Shown here: piece by piece, positions 1 to 9,194 of the stretch
Numbering within the stretch: the first letter of the stretch is position 1
How the letters are laid out: each line of letters opens with the position of its first letter
Source: an uncultured Actinomycetes bacterium
Lineage (GTDB): Bacteria > Actinomycetota > Thermoleophilia > UBA2241
Length of the DNA stretch: 64,000 bases
Assembly: GCA_963725665.1 (NCBI GenBank)
Contig: CAVRZA010000002.1
Span: 32,001-96,000, forward strand
Reading direction: 5' to 3'
Made by a program: the position numbers and the translations under genes
The notes under the pieces: generated by a model
What the model was told of the DNA's origin: nothing
Databases searched by the model: none
The model's input: only the letters and a program-made list of their open reading frames with translations

Positions 1-10
1 TTCAGCTGTC

Positions 11-1444
11 GTGGATCTGCGCGACTTCATCGAACTGCTCGACGCCGAGGGCGAGCTGGCGCGTGTGCCGGCGCAGGTCGACCCCTACCTCGAGATGGCC
101 GAGGTCGCCGATCGAGCCAGCAAGGCCCACGGGCCGGCCATCCTCTTCGAGAGCGCAAGAGGTAGCGAGCTTCCCGTCCTCATGAACCAGTTCGGCTCCT
201 TCCGTCGCCTCGAGCTCGCGCTCGGGGCGCCGCTCGACGAGACCGCCGGCCGCATCGGTGCTCTCGTCGAGCTGCAGGTGCCGAAGGGCTTGGTCGGCAA
301 GGTCAAGGCGCTGGGACAGCTCCGCGAGCTGGCCTCGTTCGCGCCGAAGACGGGCGCCAAGCCGCGCTTCCGCGAGGTCGTGATCGAGCCGCCCGATCTC
401 CGCCGGCTGCCGGTGCTCACCACGTGGCCGGGTGACGGTGGCCCCTTCATCACGCTGCCGGTCGTGGTCACCAAGGACCGCGAGGGGCGCCGCAACGCGG
501 GCATGTACCGCCTGCAGGTCTACGACGAGCGCACCACCGGGATGCACTGGCACGTCCACCACGACGGGGCCGCCAACTTCAGGCAGTCCGACGGGCGTCT
601 CGAGGTCGCCGTCGCGCTCGGCACCGACCCCACCGTGACCTACGCCGCCACGGCGCCGCTTCCTCCCGGCATCGACGAGCTCATGTTCGCGGGCTTCCTG
701 CGTGGCAAGCAGGTGGAGTTGGCCGCCTGTTCCACCGTCGATCTCGAGGTCCCGGCCGACGCCGAGATCGTCCTCGAGGGCTACGTCGAACGCGGCGAGC
801 TGCGACGCGAGGGGCCGTTCGGCGACCACACGGGGTACTACTGCCTGGCCGACGACTACCCTGTCTTTCACCTCACGGCGATGAGCCACCGTCGCGACCC
901 TGTCTATCCCGCGACCATCGTCGGCAAGCCACCCATGGAGGACGCCTACCTGGGCAAGGCTACCGAACGTCTCTTCTTGCCGCTCCTCAAGCTGACGCTG
1001 CCCGAGATCGTCGATCTCGAGCTGCCCATCGAGGGCGTGTTCCACAACTGCGCCGTAGTCGCGATCCGCAAGGCGTACCCAGGCCACGCGCGGAAGGTGA
1101 TGAACGCCGTGTGGGGCATGGGGCAGATGATGTTCACCAAGTTCGTGGTCGTCGTCGACGAGCACGTCGACGTGCACGACCCGCGCGAGGTGACCTGGCG
1201 CGTGTTCAACAACGTCGACCCGCGCCGCGATTGTGTCATCGTCGAGGGCCCGCTCGACGCGCTCGACCACGCCAGCCCCACGCCTCGGTACGGCGGCAAG
1301 ATGGGCATCGACGCGACCAAGACGTGGCTCGAGGAGGGGCAACCGCGCGAGTGGCCCGACGAGATCGCCATGGATCCGGCCGTCGTCGCCAAGGTCAGCG
1401 AGCGCTGGGCGGAGTTCAGGCTGCCCTTCTCGTCGGGGTCCTGA
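11..1444 (+). CDS. ubiD: UbiD-family menaquinone biosynthesis decarboxylase (MqnL-type)
   Basis: 477 aa; MDLRDFIELL start, EGPFGDHTGYY and GKPPMED motifs, GGKMGIDAT; lies in mqn gene context. Confidence 0.93.
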   Translation: MDLRDFIELLDAEGELARVPAQVDPYLEMAEVADRASKAHGPAILFESARGSELPVLMNQFGSFRRLELALGAPLDETAGRIGALVELQVPKGLVGKVKALGQLRELASFAPKTGAKPRFREVVIEPPDLRRLPVLTTWPGDGGPFITLPVVVTKDREGRRNAGMYRLQVYDERTTGMHWHVHHDGAANFRQSDGRLEVAVALGTDPTVTYAATAPLPPGIDELMFAGFLRGKQVELAACSTVDLEVPADAEIVLEGYVERGELRREGPFGDHTGYYCLADDYPVFHLTAMSHRRDPVYPATIVGKPPMEDAYLGKATERLFLPLLKLTLPEIVDLELPIEGVFHNCAVVAIRKAYPGHARKVMNAVWGMGQMMFTKFVVVVDEHVDVHDPREVTWRVFNNVDPRRDCVIVEGPLDALDHASPTPRYGGKMGIDATKTWLEEGQPREWPDEIAMDPAVVAKVSERWAEFRLPFSSGS

Positions 1445-1465
1445 CCGTCTACACTTGAGTCCGTC

Positions 1466-1753
1466 ATGGTGCACAGGCGTAGATTCCTCGTCTTCTCGCT
1501 GGCCAACTGGGCGCTCGCCGTCGCCCTGTGGAGCATCAGCGCCTACCTCGGCATAACGTCGCCCACGAGCCTGTTCGTGTACTCGGTGCTGTTCGTGGTC
1601 GCCCTGGTCGCGGTCGTCGTGGGCATCATCTCGTGGCTCGTTTGGCGTTTCGGGCGCGACCTGCAGCCGGCGTCGGCCGACTCGGCGCCGCCCGCGGGCG
1701 GCGCCGAGTCGGCCGACGCCGGCGACCAGCGCGCGCCCGTCCCCAGCCGCTAG
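1466..1753 (+). CDS. small two-TM membrane protein, hypothetical
   Basis: 95 aa with two hydrophobic helices; fills the gap between ubiD and ubiA. Confidence 0.7.
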   Translation: MVHRRRFLVFSLANWALAVALWSISAYLGITSPTSLFVYSVLFVVALVAVVVGIISWLVWRFGRDLQPASADSAPPAGGAESADAGDQRAPVPSR

Positions 1754-1763
1754 CACCGCTCGC

Positions 1764-2651
1764 ATGGCCGACCATAGCGCCGCCCCGGCGAGCCAGCGCG
1801 CGGCCAGGCCGGTCCTCTTCGCGCGCCTCATCAAGGTCGAGCACAGCGTCTACGCGCTGCCCTTCGCCTATGCAGGGGCCATCCTCGCCGGTCTCGAGAT
1901 GCCGTCCTGGCAGGCGCTCGTCTGGATCACCGTGGCCATGGTGGCCGGACGAAGCGCGGCCATGGCCCTCAACCGGCTCATCGACGCCGAGCTCGACGCA
2001 CGCAACCCGCGCACGGCTTCTCGGGAGCTGCCAGCCGGCCGCCTGCGTCGTGGGGAAGTCGTCGCCTTCACTGCGGTCTCGCTCGGCGTCCTTGTGCTGG
2101 CCGCCTTCAACCTGTCACCGCCCTGCCGCTACCTGTGGCCGATCGTCGTCGCAGCCTTCGTGCTCTACCCCTACACTAAGCGTTTCACGTGGCTCTGCCA
2201 CTACGCGCTCGGGCTCACCGACGGACTCGCGCCGGCCGCGGCTTGGATCGCTGTCAGCGGATCGCTCGCCCTCGCGCCTGTGCTGCTCTTCTTCGCGGTA
2301 GGGCTCTGGGTGGGCGGTTTCGACGCCATCTACGGCTGCTTCGATGTCGACTTCGACCGTCGCGAGGGGATCCACTCGATCGCGGCCCGCTTCGGTGAAG
2401 CGGCGGCCTTGCGCGCCGCTGCCGCCTCGCACGTCGCCGCGGTCGGGCTGCTCGTGTGGGCCGGAGTCTCCTTGCGGCTCCCGATCGCCTATTGTGCCGG
2501 CATGGTCCTCGTTGGGGCGTTGCTGATGTGGTCGTCACTGGACATCGCGCGACGTGGCCTCTCACAGGTGGGGATGCGCTTCATGACCGCGAACGGCCTC
2601 GTGGGAATCGTCTACCTGGGGGTCGTCATGGTGGCGGTCCTGGCGTTCTAG
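1764..2651 (+). CDS. ubiA: UbiA-family prenyltransferase (MqnP-type)
   Basis: LIKVEHSVYALPFAY, NRLIDAELDARNPRT, YPYTKRFT, FDAIYGCFDVDFD motifs; multiple TMs. Confidence 0.92.
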   Translation: MADHSAAPASQRAARPVLFARLIKVEHSVYALPFAYAGAILAGLEMPSWQALVWITVAMVAGRSAAMALNRLIDAELDARNPRTASRELPAGRLRRGEVVAFTAVSLGVLVLAAFNLSPPCRYLWPIVVAAFVLYPYTKRFTWLCHYALGLTDGLAPAAAWIAVSGSLALAPVLLFFAVGLWVGGFDAIYGCFDVDFDRREGIHSIAARFGEAAALRAAAASHVAAVGLLVWAGVSLRLPIAYCAGMVLVGALLMWSSLDIARRGLSQVGMRFMTANGLVGIVYLGVVMVAVLAF

Positions 2652-2847
2652 CCAAGTCTCCTGCCCCGATCTCGGCTAACGCGCGCCGGGAAGTCCTTCT
2701 CCTGTCGTCGTGGCACGCTGTAACGTGCCGGTCGGGGCCTCAACGAGACATGCGGATCCACCCGCGGACGCCGAAAGGACGTAGAGTCAGCACCTGGTTT
2801 TCGCCTGGGACAAGCACCTAGTTTCGTGTTTGACTCGACCTTAGGCA

Positions 2848-2865
2848 TTGTGGCACCCTTCACAA
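2848..2865. promoter_or_regulatory. Rex-like operator TTGTGGCACCCTTCACAA
   Basis: 18-bp TTGTG-N8-CACAA palindrome 128 nt upstream of the first cytochrome gene; fits the Rex consensus. Confidence 0.65.
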
Positions 2866-2991
2866 AGCGCGTTCGTTCGACAAGCCGTATTCGCGAGCCG
2901 CCTTCTTAGCGCGAGTGAGAACGAGCGTGCGCCGAGCCGTGGGAGACATGAGGGAATGAGTCCGCAGACCGGCCGTGGCCGGAGAGCAGCG

Positions 2992-4018
2992 AGATGAGCG
3001 CGCGCCTGCGCCGCTGGCTGCCCGTCTTCGCCGTCGTGGGCGCCGCCTTCCTGCTGGCCGCCGCCGTCTACGTCCCCGTACGGCTGACCTCCACGACCTC
3101 CTACTGTACCTCCTGCCACGAGATGAAGCTGGCCGGCGACAGCCTGAAGCGCTCCCCGCATCGCAACGTCGACTGCCTCTCGTGCCACGTCGACCCGGGA
3201 GTGGGCAACGCCATCACCTGGCGCCTGCAAGAGTCGAAGAACATCTGGGCGTCCTACCTCAACATGCCGGTCAACGAGGGCATGAGCAAGGAGGTGCACG
3301 TCCCCAGCAAGGCAGCCTGCACGCGCAGCGGCTGCCACGACCTGAGCTCGCTGGGCACGACCTTCGGCAACGTGAAGATGAACCACGCCCGGCACGTCGA
3401 GATGCGCGGGCTGACCTGCATCGATTGCCACAGTAGGGTCTCGCACGCCAAACAGGGAGAATCGACCGCCGTCTCCATGGCCTCCTGCTTCATGTGCCAC
3501 AACGGCGCCGCGGCCCCCAACCAGTGCAGCCTCTGCCACGTGACCGTGCCCGCTCAGGCCTCGCATCCACCCAACTACGTCCAGGACCACGGCCGCTTCG
3601 CGCTTCTCAACGAGGCTGAGTGCCTGCGCTGCCACCACGACAAGAAGGCCTTCTGCGACGCCTGCCACGCCAAGCCCACGCCGGCTCACTACTCCGGCAC
3701 CTGGCGCTACACCCACGGACCCACGGCGAGCGCCGACCGCGTCAGCTGTCTCGGCTGTCATGACTACCAGAGCTTCTGCGTCCAGTGCCACCAGGTCGAC
3801 CACCCGAGCGACTGGTCCTCGAGCCACGCAGCGGTGGCCACCAAGGGCGACGAGTCCTGCCTCGTCTGCCACCCGCGCAGCATGTGCAGCGATTGCCACC
3901 AGCAGCGGGGAGTCACCGCCCCGTGAGCCACCGCCGCCTGCTGGCCTTCGCCCTGGCCGCCGCTCTGGCGGCGCTCGCCGCCTGGGCGATGCTCCCCCGA
4001 GAGGCGTTCGCGCAGACG
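2992..4018 (+). repeat. copy 1 of ~1.03 kb near-identical duplicated segment (copy 2 at 7396-8423)
   Basis: Direct sequence comparison: near-identical except two divergent patches (~3396-3470 and ~3827-3853). Confidence 0.95.
2994..3926 (+). CDS. membrane-anchored 12-heme cytochrome c (NapC/NirT-like N-terminus)
   Basis: N-terminal TM; 11 CxxCH + 1 CX4CH (CTRSGCH). Confidence 0.92.
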   Translation: MSARLRRWLPVFAVVGAAFLLAAAVYVPVRLTSTTSYCTSCHEMKLAGDSLKRSPHRNVDCLSCHVDPGVGNAITWRLQESKNIWASYLNMPVNEGMSKEVHVPSKAACTRSGCHDLSSLGTTFGNVKMNHARHVEMRGLTCIDCHSRVSHAKQGESTAVSMASCFMCHNGAAAPNQCSLCHVTVPAQASHPPNYVQDHGRFALLNEAECLRCHHDKKAFCDACHAKPTPAHYSGTWRYTHGPTASADRVSCLGCHDYQSFCVQCHQVDHPSDWSSSHAAVATKGDESCLVCHPRSMCSDCHQQRGVTAP

Positions 4019-4795
4019 GCTCAGAATCAGAACCAGCGCTGCTTCGCCTGTCACGCGCAGAAGGGTCTGAGCACGGTAGAAGTGAACGGGGCGCTGCGCA
4101 GCGTGGAGGTGAACACCGACTACTGGGCGAGGTCGGTGCACTCGCGTCTCGACTGCACCGCCTGCCACGTCGGCTTCATTCCCGGCAAGCACACCGCCGC
4201 TCAGACCGAAGGCTGGTGGCAGCAGGCGGCGCTCAAGTCGTGCGCCAACTGCCACGCCAACGAGTTCGCCATGTACAAGGGCTCCTTCCACGGCAACTTG
4301 GTCATGAACGAGCAGTCCACGAACGCCCCGACCTGTGGTGACTGCCACGGATCCCACGCCATAGTGGCTACCAATGGCGCGGAGTTCCGAGGCTCTGTAC
4401 CCAGCATCTGCGGTCGCTGCCATCGTGAGCGCTCCTTCACGTACTCCGACACCTATCACGGGCAGGCTACCGAGCTCGGTGGTACTGCGGCCGCAGTGTG
4501 CACGGACTGCCACGGGAACCACAAGATCCTCCCGGCCTCGAACCCTCAGAGCCTCGTCTCTGACAAGCACATCGTGGCTACGTGCCGCAAGTGTCACCCA
4601 AAGGCCAACGCGCTTTTCGCCACCTACCTCGTACACGTCGATCGCGGCGACCCGAGGTCGTCGTTCATCATCTGGCTCTCCGACCTCGCCCACGCCGTTC
4701 TCATCGGCGTCCTCTTCGTGTTCGCCGGTTCGCACTCCCTGCTGTACTTCTATCGAGGACGACGGGAGGGGATCTATGGCCGCCGCACCCACTGA
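3923..4795 (+). CDS. 7-heme cytochrome c with signal peptide and C-terminal TM (CbcA-like)
   Basis: GTG start overlaps the upstream TGA (GTGA); signal peptide ends AFA; 7 CxxCH; C-terminal hydrophobic helix containing His. Confidence 0.9.
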   Translation: MSHRRLLAFALAAALAALAAWAMLPREAFAQTAQNQNQRCFACHAQKGLSTVEVNGALRSVEVNTDYWARSVHSRLDCTACHVGFIPGKHTAAQTEGWWQQAALKSCANCHANEFAMYKGSFHGNLVMNEQSTNAPTCGDCHGSHAIVATNGAEFRGSVPSICGRCHRERSFTYSDTYHGQATELGGTAAAVCTDCHGNHKILPASNPQSLVSDKHIVATCRKCHPKANALFATYLVHVDRGDPRSSFIIWLSDLAHAVLIGVLFVFAGSHSLLYFYRGRREGIYGRRTH

Positions 4796-5693
4796 CGTTC
4801 GGCCGACAAGGCAGCAGACGCACCCGTCGCGCACGGAGCAAGCGGTGGACGTCGGCAGCCTCGAGTACCGCCGCTTCGGGCCATTTCATCGCTGGGTGCA
4901 CTTCTTCGTGATGGCCAGCTTCACGGTCCTGGTCTTCACGGGCATGCCGCTCAAGTACAAGGATGCAGGGTGGGCCAGGACCGAGATGGACTTCATCGGC
5001 GGCGTGCAGGCGGCCGGGGTGTTCCACCGCTTTGCGGCGATGATCATGGTCTCGTGCGTTGTGTGCGAGCTGTTCTACTTCGCTCGCTATATCCTGGGCC
5101 GAAAGGGCCCTCTATGGGGTCCGGGTACGATGGTTCCCACGCGCAACGACTGGGCGGACATGAAGGCGATGTACCGCTGGTTCTTCGGCCTGGGACCCAA
5201 GCCTGAGGGATTCGACCGCTACACCTACTGGGAGAAGTTCGAGTTCTGGGCTGCCTCGGGCGGCGTGATGACGATGGTCGCCACCGGCTTCATGTTGTGG
5301 TTTCCTGTGCAGACCGCGCGGTTCCTGCCCGGCGTCTTCCTCAACTTGGCCATGGTGAACCATGCGGGCGGCGCCTTACTCGCCATGGGGTTCGTGTTCG
5401 TCTTCTGGCACGTCTTTCACGCCCACTTCAGGCCCGAGGTGTTCCCCTTCGACAAGGTGATGTTCGATGGCACGATGCCGGCTCCGGAGTATGCCGAAGA
5501 GCGGTCCGTGGAGTACCAGCGCCGCGTGCGCTCGGGCACGCTCAGCGAAGTGCTCGTCGAACCTGCTGGGCATACGCGCAAGGCGTTCGAGAACGTCGTT
5601 TGGTGGGCGATCACCCTCATTGCCATGGTCGTCTGGACCATCTTCGCTGTGTTCACGGCGTGGATCACGCTGCTTTGGATCGGCGTACTCTAG
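4776..5693 (+). CDS. di-heme cytochrome b subunit (FdnI/HydC/CbcB-like)
   Basis: ATG 4776 after GGAGGG; YRRF..FHRWVH, TGMPLKY, FDRYTYWEKF, His-bearing TMs, HFRPEVFPFD. Confidence 0.88.
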   Translation: MAAAPTDVRPTRQQTHPSRTEQAVDVGSLEYRRFGPFHRWVHFFVMASFTVLVFTGMPLKYKDAGWARTEMDFIGGVQAAGVFHRFAAMIMVSCVVCELFYFARYILGRKGPLWGPGTMVPTRNDWADMKAMYRWFFGLGPKPEGFDRYTYWEKFEFWAASGGVMTMVATGFMLWFPVQTARFLPGVFLNLAMVNHAGGALLAMGFVFVFWHVFHAHFRPEVFPFDKVMFDGTMPAPEYAEERSVEYQRRVRSGTLSEVLVEPAGHTRKAFENVVWWAITLIAMVVWTIFAVFTAWITLLWIGVL

Positions 5694-6110
5694 GAGCGCC
5701 GTGACCAAAGGCTTGCGCTCCGGCGTACGGCCCCGCCTTGCCCAGAGGGCCGGATCTCGATCCGAACCGCCCCGTGTAGCGCGAATGGGCACACGGCCCC
5801 GCCGTTGCGACCTGCGTCAGACGTGACTACCAGGTCTGTGGCACCCAGCGGTCTGCCAGAGTGTGACAAGCGCGCCGCTTCCTCACTGCGCTCGTACCGT
5901 CCGGCCTAGACCCCACTTATGTCCTGGGCGATGCTCTAGGAGGAGCGTCAGCCGCGGCTCTTCCGTGGGCTTGCGTCAGGTCTTGTCCCCCATCCCCATG
6001 GGGAATGCGAGAGAAACGACAGCCTGACCTCGACCCGTACTCCGCAGTGTCACCTCGCCGCTGTCATGATGCGACGATTTCCCTGCATATCGGGATGCAC
6101 GTGGACGGCG

Positions 6111-6176
6111 TACCCTAGAAGCTTCTGGGGTTACTACCCTAGACACTAGGGTGGTACTCCTGGGGTAAATTGGGGT
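6111..6176. promoter_or_regulatory. array of CCCTAG/CTGGGG palindromic sites (NarL/LuxR-type response-regulator-like)
   Basis: ACCCTAGAAG-CTTCTGGGGT, ACTACCCTAG-ACA-CTAGGGTGGT and TACTCCTGGGGTA in tandem; -10-like TACACT at 6233. Confidence 0.5.
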
Positions 6177-6284
6177 GCTGACGCACGTCAGAATGGGACG
6201 AGCAACCGAGTCTCACCGCGCCCCCCCATCGGTACACTAGTTATGTGACTTGAAGCACAAGCTAGCGCCAGAGAGGAGGCGACG

Positions 6285-6467
6285 ATGGGCATAGTCGAGT
6301 TGCTTGCATGGGTGGTGTTCGGTGCGATCTGGGTGGGTCTCGTCACGGTGGCGATTCTCGTCATCCTGATGGCGTTCGGGGTCACTCGGTCGGTCATCGC
6401 TGCTCGGGCTGCCGCGGTCACCAAGTCCTTGGTCCCAGCGCGGCATCAGAGCCCGCAGACGCGGTAG
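6285..6467 (+). CDS. small single-TM membrane protein (60 aa)
   Basis: Strong RBS GAGGAGG; hydrophobic N-terminal 30 aa. Confidence 0.7.
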   Translation: MGIVELLAWVVFGAIWVGLVTVAILVILMAFGVTRSVIAARAAAVTKSLVPARHQSPQTR

Positions 6468-6765
6468 TCGTCCTTGGCCTGCCCCCCCGGCCGCGGAAGC
6501 GTCTGGGATTCGCAGACCGGCCGAGTGAACATGTGTCTCGCCGGTCGGTGTCAGGGAAAGGGGCGGGGCGCCTTGGGACCGGCTCACGCCTTGGAGGGAG
6601 TCCTGCCGGCGCCCCGGGGACGGATGCTGTTGGCTGACTGAGCGTGTCCGCGCTCGGTCCTCAGCCGCCGCCCTTCTTCGAAGTCTCGCGAGTTCAAGCG
6701 CCACGCGTCGCTCGTCGCGGAGTCTCCGTCTTTCAGCTCGTTCTCTTCAGCCCATCCTGTGTGAG

Positions 6766-6897
6766 CTACTCGTCCGGCTCCTGCTGCTTGCGTCGCCCCG
6801 GAAGCACGATCTTCAAGAGGACCACTACCACGAAAGCGACGCCCGCTGCGAGTACCAAGCCGAACGGGATCCACGCCAGTGACTTGATGAGTTCCAC
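6766..6897 (-). CDS. small single-TM membrane protein (43 aa, MELIKSLAWIPFGLVLAAGVAFVVVVLLKIVLPGRRKQQEPDE), absent from ORF track
   Basis: GGAGGCGACG+GTG, the same RBS/spacer as the 6285 gene; shared LAW..FG motif; TAG at 6768-6766. Confidence 0.7.
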   Translation of the reverse strand: MELIKSLAWIPFGLVLAAGVAFVVVVLLKIVLPGRRKQQEPDE

Positions 6898-6993
6898 CGT
6901 CGCCTCCCCAGGGGTCAGCACCAGCCTTGATCTGACCTCGCCTCCGGTCGACCGCTGCCCCTACATCAGGAGCGTGCTCTCGTGATCACCGGA

Positions 6994-7011
6994 TTGAGGC
7001 ACCCTTCACAG
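6994..7011. promoter_or_regulatory. Rex-like operator TTGAGGCACCCTTCACAG
   Basis: 16/18 identical to the 2848 site; upstream of the minus-strand small gene. Confidence 0.5.
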
Positions 7012-7234
7012 GGAGCACTAGCCTATCGGCAAACGACCCTCCGGTAAAGACTGTACTCGTCTGGGGTGTTGTCCCATTCCCCGCTGACGTGACGATCTGT
7101 GGCTGGAGGTCCGTGCGTGCGACTCCGAGCGTTCGTCTCACCGGTACGCCCGCCGCTTTCGAGTCTATTCAGGTTCGGGTCGGGATCGAAGCAAAGCTTC
7201 GGCTCTGCGCGTCATAACGGAGGCTGGGGTGGGT

Positions 7235-7269
7235 TTGACACCGGACCCAGCCTGAGGCATTGTTCACAA
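7235..7269 (+). promoter_or_regulatory. sigmaA-like promoter (TTGACA-N17-CATTGT) overlapped by degenerate Rex-like site CTGAGGCATTGTTCACAA
   Basis: -35 at 7235-7240, -10 at 7258-7263, operator at 7252-7269; upstream of cytochrome copy 2. Confidence 0.55.
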
Positions 7270-7395
7270 GCGTTTTCGATTTCGTGTGTCGGCGCCGTCG
7301 TTACACCATTCTTCCTGTATCTTCGCCGGCGGCGCGCGAGGAGCCATCGGGGGATTGACGGATGAGTGGGCGGTACCCTACCCGGCGCGATGGGA

Positions 7396-8423
7396 AGATG
7401 AGCGCGCGCCTGCGCCGCTGGCTGCCCGTCTTCGCCGTCGTGGGCGCCGCCTTTCTGCTGGCCGCCGCCGTCTACGTCCCCGTACGGCTGACCTCCACGA
7501 CCTCCTACTGCACCTCCTGCCACGAGATGAAGCTGGCCGGCGACAGCCTGAAGCGCTCCCCGCATCGCAACGTCGACTGCCTCTCGTGCCACGTCGACCC
7601 GGGAGTGGGCAACGCCATCACCTGGCGCCTGCAGGAGTCGAAGAACATCTGGGCGTCCTACCTCAACATGCCGGTCAACGAGGGCATGAGCAAGGAGGTG
7701 CACGTCCCCAGCAAGGCGGCCTGCACGCGCAGCGGCTGCCACGACCTGAGCTCGCTGGGCACGACCTTCGGCAACGTGAAGATGAACCACGCCCGGCACG
7801 TGCAGATAGCCGGGCTGACCTGCATCGACTGTCACAAGACCACCGCCCATTCCGCCAAGGGCCAGTCCGCCGTCGGTCTCCATGGCCTCCTGCTTCATGT
7901 GCCACAACGGCGCCGCGGCCCCCAACCAGTGCAGCCTCTGCCACGTGACCGTGCCCGCTCAGGCCTCGCATCCACCCAACTACGTCCAGGACCACGGCCG
8001 CTTCGCGCTTCTCAACGAGGCTGAGTGCCTGCGCTGCCACCACGACAAGAAGGCCTTCTGCGACGCCTGCCACGCCAAGCCCACGCCGGCTCACTACTCC
8101 GGCACCTGGCGCTACACCCACGGACCCACGGCGAGCGCCGACCGCGTCAGCTGTCTCGGCTGTCATGACTACCAGAGCTTCTGCGTCCAGTGCCACCAGG
8201 TCGACCACCCGAGCGACTGGTCCTCGAGCCACGGTCAAGCCGCGACCGCAGCCCCGAAGTCCTGCCTCGTCTGCCACCCGCGCAGCATGTGCAGCGATTG
8301 CCACCAGCAGCGGGGAGTCACCGCCCCGTGAGCCACCGCCGCCTGCTGGCCTTCGCCCTGGCCGCCGCTCTGGCGGCGCTCGCCGCCTGGGCGATGCTCC
8401 CCCGAGAGGCGTTTGCGCAGACG
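7396..8423 (+). repeat. copy 2 of duplicated cytochrome segment
   Basis: Offset to copy 1 is 4404 at the start and 4405 at the end, consistent with a 1-nt insertion. Confidence 0.95.
7398..8331 (+). pseudogene. 12-heme cytochrome c, copy 2, +1 frameshift near 7865-7876 (real or assembly error)
   Basis: ORF 7362-8024 matches the copy 1 N-half and ORF 7882-8331 matches the C-half in another frame. Confidence 0.85.
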
Positions 8424-9194
8424 AACCAGGACAACGAACGCTGCCTTCGCTGTCACGCCGACATGTCGGGCACAGTCTCCGCCAACGGCACGCACGCGAG
8501 CCTCGCGGTGTCGCCCGAGACGTACGGCTCCTCGGTGCACTCGCTCCTCGACTGCACCAGTTGCCATCCCAACTTCACCGCGGGTGAGCATTCGGCGGCG
8601 CAGACCGCGGACTGGTGGCGCAAGGCGACTCTTGAATCCTGCGCCAACTGCCACTCCGGCCAGGCCGCGATGTACAAGGGCTCCTTCCACGGCAACCTGG
8701 TCATGAACCAGGGTGCGACCAACGTCCCTACCTGCGGAGGTTGCCACGGCTCACACGGCATCATGAGCACGACGACGAGGAAGTTCCGCGTCTCCATCCT
8801 AGACATGTGCGGTCGCTGTCACGGCGGGCGTGCTGCAAGCTATCTCGATGTGTATCACGGCAAGGCGTTCAAGCTAGGCGACGACTCAGCGGCTGTGTGC
8901 ACGGATTGCCACGGCGCGCATAGGATCCTGCCGGCCTCGAATCCCCAGAGCCTCGTCTCCAGTGAGCACATCGTAGCCACGTGCGCAAAGTGCCATCCCG
9001 GCGCGAATGCTCAGTTCGCCACCTACCTCGTGCACGTCGATCCAAGCTCACCGAAATCGTCCCTGACGGTGTGGCTGTTCTATGCCGCCTACTTCCTGCT
9101 GATCGCCGTCATCTTCACGTTCGGTGCAGTACACAGCGCGATGTACTTCTACAGGGGGCGAAAGGAGGGGATGTATAGCCGTGGCGCAGACTGA
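8328..9194 (+). CDS. 7-heme cytochrome c with C-terminal TM (CbcA-like), paralog 2
   Basis: GTGA overlap start; 7 CxxCH; signal peptide identical to paralog 1, mature part diverged. Confidence 0.9.
   Translation: MSHRRLLAFALAAALAALAAWAMLPREAFAQTNQDNERCLRCHADMSGTVSANGTHASLAVSPETYGSSVHSLLDCTSCHPNFTAGEHSAAQTADWWRKATLESCANCHSGQAAMYKGSFHGNLVMNQGATNVPTCGGCHGSHGIMSTTTRKFRVSILDMCGRCHGGRAASYLDVYHGKAFKLGDDSAAVCTDCHGAHRILPASNPQSLVSSEHIVATCAKCHPGANAQFATYLVHVDPSSPKSSLTVWLFYAAYFLLIAVIFTFGAVHSAMYFYRGRKEGMYSRGAD

Noticed and set aside
2690-2820. GAAA-tetraloop hairpin upstream of the cytochrome island as a c-di-GMP riboswitch
   Set aside because: I could not find the conserved GEMM or class II elements; needs an Rfam/Infernal scan
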